A stretch of DNA of 64,000 nt, from positions 1,789 to 65,788 of the IMG/VR virus record IMGVR_UViG_3300031718_000007; one strand, written 5' to 3'. The notes beneath the pieces were generated by a model, which was given only the letters and a program-made list of their open reading frames with translations, was not told where the DNA came from and searched no databases. The stretch comes from a virus (lineage: Duplodnaviria; Caudoviricetes). Below are positions 1-10,247 of this stretch, in pieces. A program made the translations under genes and the position numbers. Within the stretch, counting starts at the first letter, position 1, and every line of letters begins with the position of its first letter.

Positions 1-94
1 GCAGCGGCGCCCGTGATCCCAGACGAACCTGACGACAGTGGCCCCACGTTACAGGGTGCTGTAACGCAAGCGGCGGCCGATCACGCAACAGTGG

Positions 95-331
95 ATGCAG
101 CTACAGAGGCGCAAAGTGACAACGCTTGATCTGGATGCGCTCACACCCGACGAGCTAGATGATGCGCGCAGGAAGCTGACGCATCGCCTGCGCGTGCGGC
201 TAGGCGATCTGCTCTTTCAGCATCTTGATCTGGAAGATGTTACCGCCGGCGACGCGGGGCTTGTTTCGAACGTGATGGAACGATTTTGCGCAGCCCAAGC
301 GAAAGCTGGTGGACCGGCGGACAAGAATTAG
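95..331 (+). CDS. hypothetical protein
   Basis: 78-aa ORF with natural-looking composition, convergent with and overlapping the 3' end of the Ntn protease gene. Confidence 0.45.
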   Translation: MQLQRRKVTTLDLDALTPDELDDARRKLTHRLRVRLGDLLFQHLDLEDVTAGDAGLVSNVMERFCAAQAKAGGPADKN

Positions 332-755
332 TATCGCGCCGGCAAGCCAGATGAATGGCTTCCACAGCATTCTTTCCACACTCGATTGCCACCAACGCGA
401 ATTTGCCGCCTGACCCACAGGCGGCAAATTTTTCACTTGCAGGGTAGAGACCGCCTTCCCAGACGCCTTTGCGGTGCATGCACTCAACATAATAGACCAT
501 GCCGTTCGGCATGATGAACAGTCCGTCAGTGTCACACTGGATATCGAGGATCGCCTTGCGGGTCGGCAGGTGCCGTGTCTGTTTGACCTTGTCGAAAAGC
601 GCGACCATGTCACGATGGTCACAGGCGCCGGCGAACCCCATCAGGCCGCCAGATGACAACCGATGGATTTTCGGCATGCGACTGTAGATGGTCTCGCCAG
701 ATGTAACTTGACTGTCGCTAGCGATGATCCCGTTGGCGTAAGCGATCGTCGTCAT
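240..755 (-). CDS. Ntn-hydrolase, HslV/proteasome beta-subunit-like threonine protease
   Basis: Start moved to MTTIAY (AAGGA SD upstream); N-terminal Thr, ASDSQ, K, GFAG and CGSGG match T1 peptidase motifs. Confidence 0.8.
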   Translation of the reverse strand: MTTIAYANGIIASDSQVTSGETIYSRMPKIHRLSSGGLMGFAGACDHRDMVALFDKVKQTRHLPTRKAILDIQCDTDGLFIMPNGMVYYVECMHRKGVWEGGLYPASEKFAACGSGGKFALVAIECGKNAVEAIHLACRRDTNSCPPVHQLSLGLRKIVPSRSKQAPRRRR

Positions 756-915
756 GGCCCTGGTCCTTTTTGAAAATTTTGCACACACCCATCGGATAGA
801 TCGGGTCTACCACTGCGGTGCAATGTGGTCCAGGACGAAACATCGTACACACCGAGCAGTGACGCGCCGGCGTGCCATGATCATAGTTCACAGCAGAATG
901 AGACTGCTTAGCCAA
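718..915 (-). CDS. HiPIP-like (high-potential 4Fe-4S) small protein
   Basis: VNY...CxxCxxF...C...IxPxGxCxxF four-Cys pattern; TTG start with AGAGGA SD right after the upstream stop. Confidence 0.7.
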   Translation of the reverse strand: MAKQSHSAVNYDHGTPARHCSVCTMFRPGPHCTAVVDPIYPMGVCKIFKKDQGHDDDRLRQRDHR

Positions 916-918
916 GGT

Positions 919-1320
919 TTATCCTCTTGGCTTAATCGGCTTTTCAGACTTGGACTTGGCCGCCGGTGCGGCGGGTCCGCCGTCACCTTTCTTGCCTTTG
1001 GCGCCCTTGCCCCAGTTCTCGTCTGTGGCTTGGTTGGGCGGGTTCGGCTGCAGCTTGCCGCGGAACGTGTCCGGGGTCTTCATAAAGTCTGTGCTCCGGC
1101 CGAGGACGGCACCGCCCTGGGCGTAGCTCTCCGTCTTGCCGAGATATCCCTTGTTCATGACTGGCCCTCCTTGGGCATGTGATACGACGTGCTCGGGGAG
1201 CGACCCATATTTCCCCTTGGTAGCTTGATCCCACTCGTGAACCTTGGCCGGGCCGCCGAGGGCCTTTTCACCAGCGGGCGTGTGAGCCCATCCTTGCTGT
1301 GCGCGACTGACATACGGCAT
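919..1320 (-). CDS. small basic protein, putatively virion-associated, with two AQGG motifs
   Basis: MPYVSRAQQGWAH N-terminus typical of small phage proteins; HAQGGPV and YAQGGAV; GAAGG SD. Confidence 0.65.
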   Translation of the reverse strand: MPYVSRAQQGWAHTPAGEKALGGPAKVHEWDQATKGKYGSLPEHVVSHAQGGPVMNKGYLGKTESYAQGGAVLGRSTDFMKTPDTFRGKLQPNPPNQATDENWGKGAKGKKGDGGPAAPAAKSKSEKPIKPRG

Positions 1321-1351
1321 GATAGCACCTTCGTTATAGGCGATGTAACCC

Positions 1352-4300
1352 TCAGCGGTTAAAGACTTTCTCAAAAAACCCTTCGGGGGCTTTTTCGCGG
1401 TGGCGTAGCTCAGCCTCATTGTGCTTGCCCTGCTGGGCCTCATAACGAGCCGCGGCGTCGCTGGGCTCTTTCAGGCCGACACCGCTTTCGAGCATCTTCT
1501 TCAGCACGGCTCCCACCGTTACACCTTGCTGGCGTGCCAGGGCCGCCGCCTGGGCATACGGCGGGACGAGCGCGCGGGCAGCGTAATCCACGCCCTGGGC
1601 CGCCTGGGTAACCGCCGGCGCGCCAGGGGTGAGCACATGCTGGCCCTTCCAGTCGAGATTATGGGTGGCCTCCCAGATCGTGTTGAGCGGGATCGAGGGA
1701 GTGAACAAGTTCATGCCGGCCTGGGTATAGGCGTTCGGCTCGCCCTCGTAGAGTTCGCCAGGGATTTGCGCGAGCGCGGCCGCGCCGCGGCGCCCCAGCG
1801 TGGCGTTCTGGTTGCCGGTGATCATCTTGGCGAACGGGTCGAGGATATACGGGTAGATGCCATAGGTCAGCAGCCCGAGCGCAGCAGTGGCGCCGACGGC
1901 TTCTCGCCAGTCTGCCGGGTTCTCCGGAGTTGCGATGTTCTTCGCTGTGCGGCCGATCGACTGCCACAGGTCTTGGTGGTACGGTCCGAACCAAGAGAAC
2001 GCTGGGTCGTTCAGAATTTTCTGCGCCCAGCGCGCGCCCATAAAGGTCGGGCTGTCCGGCCGATAGGCGCCGATGTAGTTGTGCGCCGCGGCGGCGGCCT
2101 CTTGCGGGCTCATGCCAAGCCGCTTGGCTGTCTGGTACAGCGATGTGAGCAGAATATCGTTGCCGGCCCACATGACCTTGTTGGACGCTCGCATGAGCGA
2201 GTGTCCCCACTGGTCAATAGGAATACCCGAGGCCTGCGCGAATTTGCTCCACAAGCCGGGTCGCTGACTGATCCGGATGCCAGCCGATTTCATCATGTCC
2301 TGGATCACGCCGTGGTCGAACACCTGTGAGGCGTACATCGGCCGGCCACCCGCCGCGCGCATTTCCTGCTGCAGGGCGTCTTGCGACAGCACGGACTTGT
2401 AGGCGCTGGCGAGGTCCGGAATGAAATTCCGGAACACGTTGCCGGCTTTCGCGGGCTCGCGCGCCAGCATGGCCGCGGTGCCAATGAAGTGCTGTGCGGC
2501 GATGTTCATGACGTGGAACGTCGGCGAAAGCAAATAGAGTGGCTTCGCCATGTTCTGCGCGAAGTTACGCAGGCTCTCAAGCGCGTCTTCGTTCACGCCA
2601 GGACGCCGGAAATCGTCGAACAACTGCTGTAACCGCGGGTCGTAGTAGACGGTCTTTCCGGAGCGCGGGGCCTTCTGAAGCTGCTCAAGCTGCGTCTCTT
2701 TGTATCCGAGGGTCCGCGCCTTCTCAGCGTCGGTCGTGGAGAACCCCTGCACGGTCGTGTTGGCCTGGATACGCTTGAGCAGATTGTCGCGCATAATCGC
2801 GGCGCGCATGCCGCGGATCGAGTTCGCGTAGGCGATCAGCGGATGCTCCGCAAACTTGACCTCGCCGTTCGTGGCGTTGGTGATCTCATGGGCAGTGGCT
2901 TCGTCCACCGTGAAGGTGCCTTTCTTGCCACCAACGTTGAGCGGGATCGTATCGCCCAACTTGCCTTCGAACGACGCCGGCGCGCTCTTAAGCACAGTGG
3001 GCGCACCGTTTCGGATGATCACGGGATTGCCATTTTCGTCCATGCTGAAGATCAAACGCTGACCAGCGTTGTCATCGAGCGCGAAGAACACGCGGTCCTG
3101 CAGCGCGCCATCCCAGCTTGAAAGGTTGCGGGACCACGGCGTGTCATTGTCCCGGGGCTGCGCATCCGGCACGCGGGCGCGAGGAATGTTCGCTACGTTG
3201 CCGTTGTACTCATCCGGCAGCTTGAACCCCATTTTCTTGGCGAGGTTATAGAGCCGCTGGCGCTCATCCACGAGCGGCTTGACGTACTGGTCATAAACCG
3301 CCTGCTCTTTCGGACCAAGCGGGGTCTGGGTCTCCATGTCCCGATAAACCTTCGTCCATTCAGCGTCGCTGAGTTGCGGGTGGCCGGCCGCGAAGTTCGC
3401 GCCCAGCTTGCCGTCCATTGTCCGCATGGTGCCTTCGTTCACGTTGAACTCGTGCGACAGGTCTTCGGCCACGCGGTCAGCGATCGGATTGCGTGACTTG
3501 GGGAAAATATACGGCAGCAGGTTGCGCACAGCACCGCTGTTATCACCGAGGAATTTTGCGGCCGCATCCTGAACACCCTGCAAGGTGCCGGGCGCCGTTT
3601 TCGGTGCCGCTTTCTTGGCCTTGTACGCAGCAAGCTGCTCAGGGGTCAGCTTACCGCCGTATTTCGCTTGTTCCTCCGCGGTTGGCGCACGCACGGTCCC
3701 GGCGCTGGCAGCGCCTTCGCTCTCCCCCAATGGGGCGCCGGCGATCTGTTTCGGTACGCCCGGGGTCTCATGCGGTTCAACGCGTCCGCGCTGACCGGCC
3801 GCGAGCGTCGCTTTCATGTCATCCATCAACTGGGCCGGGTCAGCGGGCTCAGTGAGTTCATTGTGCAGGTCATAGTTCTCCGCGAGCGTGGAGTAATCCT
3901 TGTTTGGTAGCTCGTTCAGCCAGCTTCGCAGATCGTTCTGCGCTTCCACGTAGGAGTTGTCCTTGCCGGGAGCGACAGGCTCGATCGGATCAAAGGTCTC
4001 ACGCTCGATGTTCTGTGCCTCGTTCTCGCCCTCCGGCACGAAACCCTTTTTGGCTATGTCAGCGTCAATGCGTGTCGTCGCCTGCACATCAGCCGCCCCG
4101 CCGGCTTTCAGCATTTTTTCGGCGGCGATGTAATCCGTGATGTTCTTCGGGGTCGGCTTGGTGATCGCGCGCTGTGCGGCCTTCAGCATCTGCCACTCCG
4201 GCGGCTTTACGCGCGGCTTGTATGCAGTCAGCGGGTCCTGGCCACCGTTTGCAGCCGTCGCGGCGTCAACCATCTTCTGAAGGCGCCCCACCAGCGCCTG

Positions 4301-6493
4301 CTTGTCAGGCACAGAGGTCGGAATAAAATCCGGGTTCTCGTTCGGATGGGCAGCCACAGCCTTTTGGATCGCGTCGAGCGCACCCTGGCGCTTGGTCGCG
4401 AGCGCCGGCGTGTTCGCCACCATACCATTCACGGTCGGCCGGCGTCCCTCGGTGAATTCCTTGGACCGCGCGATTTGATCCAACTGACGGGCAATCGCGA
4501 TCTGCTGGTCCGGCGGCGCGGCCTGAAGACGCTGCGCAACACGCGACATGTTGTTATCAGCGGCGAACTGCAGCGCCTTCTGCACGATCTTTGGCACGCG
4601 GCCGGGCTTCGTTACAGGCGCTGTAACCTCCTGCGGCGGCGCCGTTAGCCGCTGCAGTATCTCGTCCTTGCCCATGTGATGGGTCATCTGATCATTGTCG
4701 GCCGCCTCGGGGTTCACATGCAGGTCAGTCGGCAGATCAGTCGGGTGCTCGCGCTCTGTGTTCGCCAGATACCCGTCAATCGTCTTCGTGTATTCACCCC
4801 AGTCAAGTCCAGCGCGTACGACCGCGGCGTGCTCGGCCGCGGTAGCGACCGTGTGCGCGTCCGGATACTTCATGCCGTTCGCCATCAGTAACTGCTCGAC
4901 CGTCTCATGGACAGCGAGCGGGCGCTGGAATTGCTCGGGGATGCTCGGGTCCACGTAGACCGGTCCGTTGATATCCTTCGACGAGTTCGCACCCGATGGC
5001 ATGGGGCGTGTCTCGATCGGGCGTGTCATCGCGTGCTCGGTCGCCGCCTGTACAAAGGGCGTTTCCACAATTTCCGCGATTTTCGGATGCAACTGTGGAA
5101 CAGCTTGCTGCGGCTGCATTTCTTGCTGGATTGCAGCGTTGCGCGTGGCGCGCGCCGGGGTCTGTGCTACCGGTTGAGCAGGTGCAGCCGGGGGCGGCTG
5201 CTTGAACGAGCCGTCCGGGTTGCGCTGCAGGAACGCCGGGATGCTTTCGTCGGTCGCGCCCAGACCAGTGTTGATCGGTGGAGTAGGAGGCTCGGCCGTG
5301 GCGGCAGGTGGCGCAGCGCTCGTAAGCGCAGCCGTGACCGTTGGATCAGTGTCGCCGACCGAGATATTGGGTTGCGACGGAGTAGTCTCGATACCTTTGG
5401 CCTGCGCGGGTGAGCCCTTGCCGTAATCGCGGCCAGGGTCAGACGGCCGTGCAGCAGTGCGCGCCACCATGGGGGCGCCGACTGGATTACCTGCGCCGGA
5501 AATTTCCGGGGCAGGCGCATTTTCTGCTGCGATACCCGGCGCTGTAGTGGTGAGATCATTGGCGACTTCGATATCCGATTTGCCGGCGCCTTCGGCTTCC
5601 TGACCTTGGAGATCGGGGCGACCCGCAGTTCCAGGCTCAGTCGCGATGGCATTGGGTACTTCGCCTGTGCCCGTGCCTTTGAGACCCGCCGCTGTGCTTG
5701 CCACACGGCCGCCGAGACCTGAGACCCAATCGCGCGCAACAGGAGCGGCAGCGCCCGCACCAGCGGCCAGAAGGACTTTTCCGGGGTCGACGGAGCCGTC
5801 ATTGTACGCCTCGTTGCCAGCTTCACCGGCACCCATGATAGCAGCGCTCACGGCCCGCGTGCCAGCGGAAGCCGCAGGGGCGTTCGCGCCGAGCGCGGTG
5901 CGGAGTATTTTTCCGCCGGCGCCCCCGATTTGGTTCAGTGCCTGGATATTTCCAGTGCCCAGCGACAGCAAGGTATCAAGAAGTCCCCCTGCTTCGCTGG
6001 CATACGGATGCTGCGAAACGTCGGCTTGTTCCTGGGCCGGGTTGAACGCGCTCGTCAGGGTGCCGGATGCGTTACGCAGGCCCAGCTTGTCGAGCACCCA
6101 GTCTTCGCCCTTGGATGCGAGATAGCCGCCGCCCAGCGCACCGGCCACACCGCCAGCGATTGCACCGGGAAGCCCGGCGCGCGCGCCGAGTTCAGTACCC
6201 GCCAGAGTATCGGCGGCGAGACTGCCGCCCACCACAGCGCCAGTCGTCGGAACCGCTTGCCGGATCGCACCGCGCGCCGCGGCGCCCAGCGCGCTGGGGT
6301 CCTGGATTGGAGGTTGCTGCTGTTGAAGCTGAAACCCAGGAGGCAACGGGGGCGCGCTGGATTGATCCCCCTCAAGCTGGAAGCCATCAGGAAGCGGAGG
6401 CGTGCTCGTGGGTGCAGACTGATCGCCCTGCATGACAAAGCCGTCAGGCAGGGGAGGCAATCCGTTTACTGCCCCGGTGGGATCGGGACCCAT
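1352..6493 (-). CDS. large internal virion / DNA-ejection protein (1713 aa)
   Basis: Last and largest of three Ala/Gly/Gln-rich ORFs after the tail nozzle; N-terminal LP[DP]GF repeats; internal HExxE domain. Confidence 0.75.
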   Translation of the reverse strand: MGPDPTGAVNGLPPLPDGFVMQGDQSAPTSTPPLPDGFQLEGDQSSAPPLPPGFQLQQQQPPIQDPSALGAAARGAIRQAVPTTGAVVGGSLAADTLAGTELGARAGLPGAIAGGVAGALGGGYLASKGEDWVLDKLGLRNASGTLTSAFNPAQEQADVSQHPYASEAGGLLDTLLSLGTGNIQALNQIGGAGGKILRTALGANAPAASAGTRAVSAAIMGAGEAGNEAYNDGSVDPGKVLLAAGAGAAAPVARDWVSGLGGRVASTAAGLKGTGTGEVPNAIATEPGTAGRPDLQGQEAEGAGKSDIEVANDLTTTAPGIAAENAPAPEISGAGNPVGAPMVARTAARPSDPGRDYGKGSPAQAKGIETTPSQPNISVGDTDPTVTAALTSAAPPAATAEPPTPPINTGLGATDESIPAFLQRNPDGSFKQPPPAAPAQPVAQTPARATRNAAIQQEMQPQQAVPQLHPKIAEIVETPFVQAATEHAMTRPIETRPMPSGANSSKDINGPVYVDPSIPEQFQRPLAVHETVEQLLMANGMKYPDAHTVATAAEHAAVVRAGLDWGEYTKTIDGYLANTEREHPTDLPTDLHVNPEAADNDQMTHHMGKDEILQRLTAPPQEVTAPVTKPGRVPKIVQKALQFAADNNMSRVAQRLQAAPPDQQIAIARQLDQIARSKEFTEGRRPTVNGMVANTPALATKRQGALDAIQKAVAAHPNENPDFIPTSVPDKQALVGRLQKMVDAATAANGGQDPLTAYKPRVKPPEWQMLKAAQRAITKPTPKNITDYIAAEKMLKAGGAADVQATTRIDADIAKKGFVPEGENEAQNIERETFDPIEPVAPGKDNSYVEAQNDLRSWLNELPNKDYSTLAENYDLHNELTEPADPAQLMDDMKATLAAGQRGRVEPHETPGVPKQIAGAPLGESEGAASAGTVRAPTAEEQAKYGGKLTPEQLAAYKAKKAAPKTAPGTLQGVQDAAAKFLGDNSGAVRNLLPYIFPKSRNPIADRVAEDLSHEFNVNEGTMRTMDGKLGANFAAGHPQLSDAEWTKVYRDMETQTPLGPKEQAVYDQYVKPLVDERQRLYNLAKKMGFKLPDEYNGNVANIPRARVPDAQPRDNDTPWSRNLSSWDGALQDRVFFALDDNAGQRLIFSMDENGNPVIIRNGAPTVLKSAPASFEGKLGDTIPLNVGGKKGTFTVDEATAHEITNATNGEVKFAEHPLIAYANSIRGMRAAIMRDNLLKRIQANTTVQGFSTTDAEKARTLGYKETQLEQLQKAPRSGKTVYYDPRLQQLFDDFRRPGVNEDALESLRNFAQNMAKPLYLLSPTFHVMNIAAQHFIGTAAMLAREPAKAGNVFRNFIPDLASAYKSVLSQDALQQEMRAAGGRPMYASQVFDHGVIQDMMKSAGIRISQRPGLWSKFAQASGIPIDQWGHSLMRASNKVMWAGNDILLTSLYQTAKRLGMSPQEAAAAAHNYIGAYRPDSPTFMGARWAQKILNDPAFSWFGPYHQDLWQSIGRTAKNIATPENPADWREAVGATAALGLLTYGIYPYILDPFAKMITGNQNATLGRRGAAALAQIPGELYEGEPNAYTQAGMNLFTPSIPLNTIWEATHNLDWKGQHVLTPGAPAVTQAAQGVDYAARALVPPYAQAAALARQQGVTVGAVLKKMLESGVGLKEPSDAAARYEAQQGKHNEAELRHREKAPEGFFEKVFNR

Positions 6494-8808
6494 TGGCCAT
6501 TCCTCACGGTCATCCGTTGCCCCGTCGCCGGGTTAACTGCGATCGGGCCAGTGATAGGAGCCGGTTGGGCCGGTTGTCCACCCTGTTGCGGCGCCCCTGC
6601 ACCCGGCGCCTGGAACGGCATGCCAATCGGACCGCCATTCTGGATGGTTGCTAAGGCAGCTTTGGCATATTGCTCTGGCGTCAAACCGGGCGCCGCGGCG
6701 CGCTGTGAATTCACGAGCGACGTAAAATCGCGCTGGCCGGCAGCCCATGCACGCTGCATGGCTTGCATCTGAGCGACCTGCAAACGTGTGGTATTCGTTG
6801 CAGCATTGCGGCTGTTAATAGCGCCCTCTTTGGTGCCCCAAAGGTCTTTCATGCCCTGATTGCGCAGCTTCTGCAGTTCGACTTGACCTTGCTGCCCCTG
6901 TGAAGTTTTCAGTGCATCGGCAATATAGGCTGAGCGCTGCGCCCCTTGACTTGCAAACGGGAAGGCCGCTTGCGCCTGCGCCTGGATGCGATCAACAATG
7001 GGATCACTGCCGCCACCGCCGCCGCGATTACCGCCGTTCGACGCGTTGAACGCGTCAATCTGCGCACGAGTGGGGTGTTCCGGCAGAACAGTGATCTCGT
7101 TCGGGTCATTCCCAAACGGTCGCACGTCTTGATCGGCTTGCTGGGCTGCAGACGACGCCGGTTCGCCGGGAGCCTGATCCGCGTTGCCATACACGATCGG
7201 CGTAGGCTTCGCAGTGCGAGCGGCTGCTGGCGCGGCCGGTGTCTCGTCCGGCGTGCTACCGCCGCCTTGAGCCGCTTTGCTCAGAACCTGATCCGGCTCA
7301 GTCTTGCCCAGGTACGCGTCATACATGCTGTTCTTCAGCGCGTTGAGATAATCCGATACCGACATGACGGTTTGCTTGACGCCACCCTCTGCGGCTTTCT
7401 CAGCACCTTGCACGCCGCGGACAACTTTACCGGCAACACGCGCGCCAGTGATCAGCGGGTTCTCCGGAGTGGGGAGCAAGCCTTTCGCGTCGTCGGCGCT
7501 AACCGGCTGTGTCATCGTCTGGTCGGCATCTGCTTCAGTGTCCTGCGCACCTTCAGCGCCACCTTGCAGTGCGCCACCAATATCAGGCGGCATACCGCTC
7601 ATAGCTTCCGGCCCGCTATCCTCCGGATCGGGGGTGTCATCAGGCACGGGGCCGCCGGCCGCATAGGACTTTTGTTTGGAGCCGCCGGCGTAGTTGGCCA
7701 TCGTCACGGCGACTTTGCCGGGCCCCGCGGGAGCAAAGCTGATCGAGTGCCCGTTGGGCACGTTATGGAATGCACGCGTCGCGGCGTCGGTCGACGCAGA
7801 TATGTTAGCCGGGCGGGCCTGCGTTCCTGTAGCAGCGGCGCGTGCAAAGGCGCTCAGCGCCTGGAAGCGCTGGCGATAATGTTGAAGGAGGCTGAACTGG
7901 GCCTTCGGGTCCTGTGCGGCCGCAACGGCCATCAGCTTGCGCTGTGACGGGTCCATGGTACCTTGCGGATCGACGCGCTGTTCCAGCGCCAGCGCCTGAT
8001 CGGGCGGCATGGCGCCGGCCCCCATCGCGTAGGCTTTGAGTGCTTGCTGCGGATCATTCGCCGGCTGGGTCTGGCCCGGCTGCGGCGACGGCACGTTGTC
8101 CTGCGGTTGAGGCGATGACTGCTCGGACGGCGTGTCCATATCACCGCCATCGTCAAAGGCGGGGATCACACCGCCCTGGGACATGGCCGGGCCCGGTACA
8201 GGCGGCAGACTGTCGTTGCGCAGCGCCGTCGCCATGCCGGAACCGATGCCGGTGACCGCCGGAATATACGCCTTGTCCATCTGCTGCTCGGGGGTCTCCT
8301 GTGCAGCCTCAACGAAATCCTGCGGTGGCTGCCATGTGCTGCCGTCTTGCTTGTTCTTGTTGCTGTCGCTGTCGCTATCGTTACCTTGGTCGCCGCCTTC
8401 ACCCAGGAGATCGCTAGGCAGGCCGAACGCTTTACGGCCAGTCCCGAGCGCGGATTGCACAGAGGCAAGCGCCGTGTCCAGGTCAGGTGCTACCGTGCCA
8501 CCTTGAGCAGGGATCAGGCCGCCATCGGCCATCCCCATCGTTGAAGCTTGGGTTGTCGGCAAGATACCCGGCATCGGATCGCCGGGCTTATAATCCCAGT
8601 AGCTGCCCCCTACCCTGCCCGAATTGGCAGGACCACCAGTCGCAGGAACCCCGGACGGGCCTGTCGGCGGGGGCGGCGGCGCCGTAGGCGCAGGCGGTGT
8701 CAGTGGCGACGTGGATTGATCGGTGAGGCCACTTTGGAAGCTGCCACCGCCGGGATTATCGAACGGACCGAAGCGGCCGTTGCCGCCGTTTTGATTATTC
8801 CAGGACAT
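6466..8808 (-). CDS. internal virion protein (780 aa)
   Basis: Low-complexity Pro/Gly/Gln/Ala composition; several AxGG motifs; TAATG coupling to the upstream gene. Confidence 0.7.
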   Translation of the reverse strand: MSWNNQNGGNGRFGPFDNPGGGSFQSGLTDQSTSPLTPPAPTAPPPPPTGPSGVPATGGPANSGRVGGSYWDYKPGDPMPGILPTTQASTMGMADGGLIPAQGGTVAPDLDTALASVQSALGTGRKAFGLPSDLLGEGGDQGNDSDSDSNKNKQDGSTWQPPQDFVEAAQETPEQQMDKAYIPAVTGIGSGMATALRNDSLPPVPGPAMSQGGVIPAFDDGGDMDTPSEQSSPQPQDNVPSPQPGQTQPANDPQQALKAYAMGAGAMPPDQALALEQRVDPQGTMDPSQRKLMAVAAAQDPKAQFSLLQHYRQRFQALSAFARAAATGTQARPANISASTDAATRAFHNVPNGHSISFAPAGPGKVAVTMANYAGGSKQKSYAAGGPVPDDTPDPEDSGPEAMSGMPPDIGGALQGGAEGAQDTEADADQTMTQPVSADDAKGLLPTPENPLITGARVAGKVVRGVQGAEKAAEGGVKQTVMSVSDYLNALKNSMYDAYLGKTEPDQVLSKAAQGGGSTPDETPAAPAAARTAKPTPIVYGNADQAPGEPASSAAQQADQDVRPFGNDPNEITVLPEHPTRAQIDAFNASNGGNRGGGGGSDPIVDRIQAQAQAAFPFASQGAQRSAYIADALKTSQGQQGQVELQKLRNQGMKDLWGTKEGAINSRNAATNTTRLQVAQMQAMQRAWAAGQRDFTSLVNSQRAAAPGLTPEQYAKAALATIQNGGPIGMPFQAPGAGAPQQGGQPAQPAPITGPIAVNPATGQRMTVRNGQWVPIPPGQ

Positions 8809-10247
8809 TACATTGCTCCCGCTGTCATCGGCCGCGAGCGGAACGTGGGCCGGCCGGCAAGCGGCGGTTTCATCTGTGCGCCGATCGGCTGCGGCGGGGC
8901 GCCACGCGCCTTGCGGGACTGCTGGATCAGCTTCTCGAAGAACTCCTTGCCTTTCCAGTGGACCACGTCTCGCGGGATCACGTATTCGTCTGCGTTCAGG
9001 CGCGCGGGGATATCGTCCGTCTGGGCGCCGTGGCTCGGGCTAGCCGACGGCGGCACATGGCCACCGGTCGTGGGGATCACGCCGCCGCTTGCAAAGGAAC
9101 TCGTATCTGGCGTGCTGTAGTTGCCGAAATCGCTGGTGCTCAGCGACGGGTCGACAAAGCTGGACATATCCGTGGTGCCAGTCGCATCTGCGCCACCGAC
9201 ACCGCCATAGCCGCCCCCCGTGCCGAACGTATCCCAGGTGCCGCCGTTGCTGCCGCTATCGCTGCCGGGAACGCTCAGTATTCCGGCGCTAGGCTGTCCG
9301 CCGCCACCACCGCCACCACCGCCACCGGCGCCACCAGTACTGAAATCTCCGGGTTGCGCACCAAACCCTGCATTGCTGTTGTCGCCCGAGCCGGTCTGCC
9401 ACGGATTGCTCTGTGACGGCGCATTGCCGCTGCCACTCCCGCTGCCACCCTGCGACTGGCCCTGGCTTTGGTTCGTGGACGTGCCGAATGATTGCGATTG
9501 AGAATTCTGGCCCACCGCCGGCATCTTGATCGCGTTGGCCGCGCTGGAAAAATACGGATTGGCGCTGTCCATCAGGTTCACGCCGGTGTTTTCCAGCCCG
9601 AGAATGCTGTTCTCGGCACCACTGACACCTTGATAGGCGGCGTTCATCGCGTTCACAGACTGGCCAGGAAGCTGCTGACCAAGCTGCGCCGCGGTTGTCA
9701 GCATCTGGTTGCCCTGTTCCTGCGTCTGCAGGCTGGCCTGTGTACCGGCAGAGGCCTGGGACGCTGCGCGCGCCGCTTGCTGCGCATCTTCGAGTTCGCC
9801 GTACATGCCGCTCGACGGGTTCACGCCGAACGACATGAGTTGATTTTTGGCATTGTTCGCAGCCAGATCGGCCGCCTGTCCCGCGGTGCTCTCGGCTTGC
9901 CCCGCGTTAAAATTCTGCCGCGCGGGCGATGCCCACGTTTCGGCTTGCTGCGCCACTTGGTTCATCACCGGCGCGAACGTATTATTGTACTGGTTCCACA
10001 GGCTATCGGACTGCGCCAGCGACTTGTTGGCGTCGGTCAGGTAGTTATTGATCTGCTGATCGGTGACACTTTGGGCGTTGTTAAATTGCCCTTGGGCCCA
10101 CTGATACTGTCCCTGCCCGATGTTCGACAGCAACTGCGAAAGCTGCAGGCCCCACTGGCTTTGCGGCGTCTGGACCACAACAGGCGTTGAGGAACTGCTG
10201 CTGGAATTGGTCGAGCGACCGGTGGACTGGGTAGTGGAGGTAACCAT
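8808..10247 (-). CDS. internal virion / DNA pilot-like protein (479 aa)
   Basis: Gln/Ser/Ala-rich helical body; C-terminal FASGG...DDIPARLNADEYVIP motif of the kind found in tape-measure and pilot proteins. Confidence 0.7.
   Translation of the reverse strand: MVTSTTQSTGRSTNSSSSSSTPVVVQTPQSQWGLQLSQLLSNIGQGQYQWAQGQFNNAQSVTDQQINNYLTDANKSLAQSDSLWNQYNNTFAPVMNQVAQQAETWASPARQNFNAGQAESTAGQAADLAANNAKNQLMSFGVNPSSGMYGELEDAQQAARAASQASAGTQASLQTQEQGNQMLTTAAQLGQQLPGQSVNAMNAAYQGVSGAENSILGLENTGVNLMDSANPYFSSAANAIKMPAVGQNSQSQSFGTSTNQSQGQSQGGSGSGSGNAPSQSNPWQTGSGDNSNAGFGAQPGDFSTGGAGGGGGGGGGGQPSAGILSVPGSDSGSNGGTWDTFGTGGGYGGVGGADATGTTDMSSFVDPSLSTSDFGNYSTPDTSSFASGGVIPTTGGHVPPSASPSHGAQTDDIPARLNADEYVIPRDVVHWKGKEFFEKLIQQSRKARGAPPQPIGAQMKPPLAGRPTFRSRPMTAGAM

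Noticed and set aside
1373-1396. Terminator-like AAAAAACCC-TTCG-GGGGCTTTTT
   Set aside because: Very short stem inside a coding sequence
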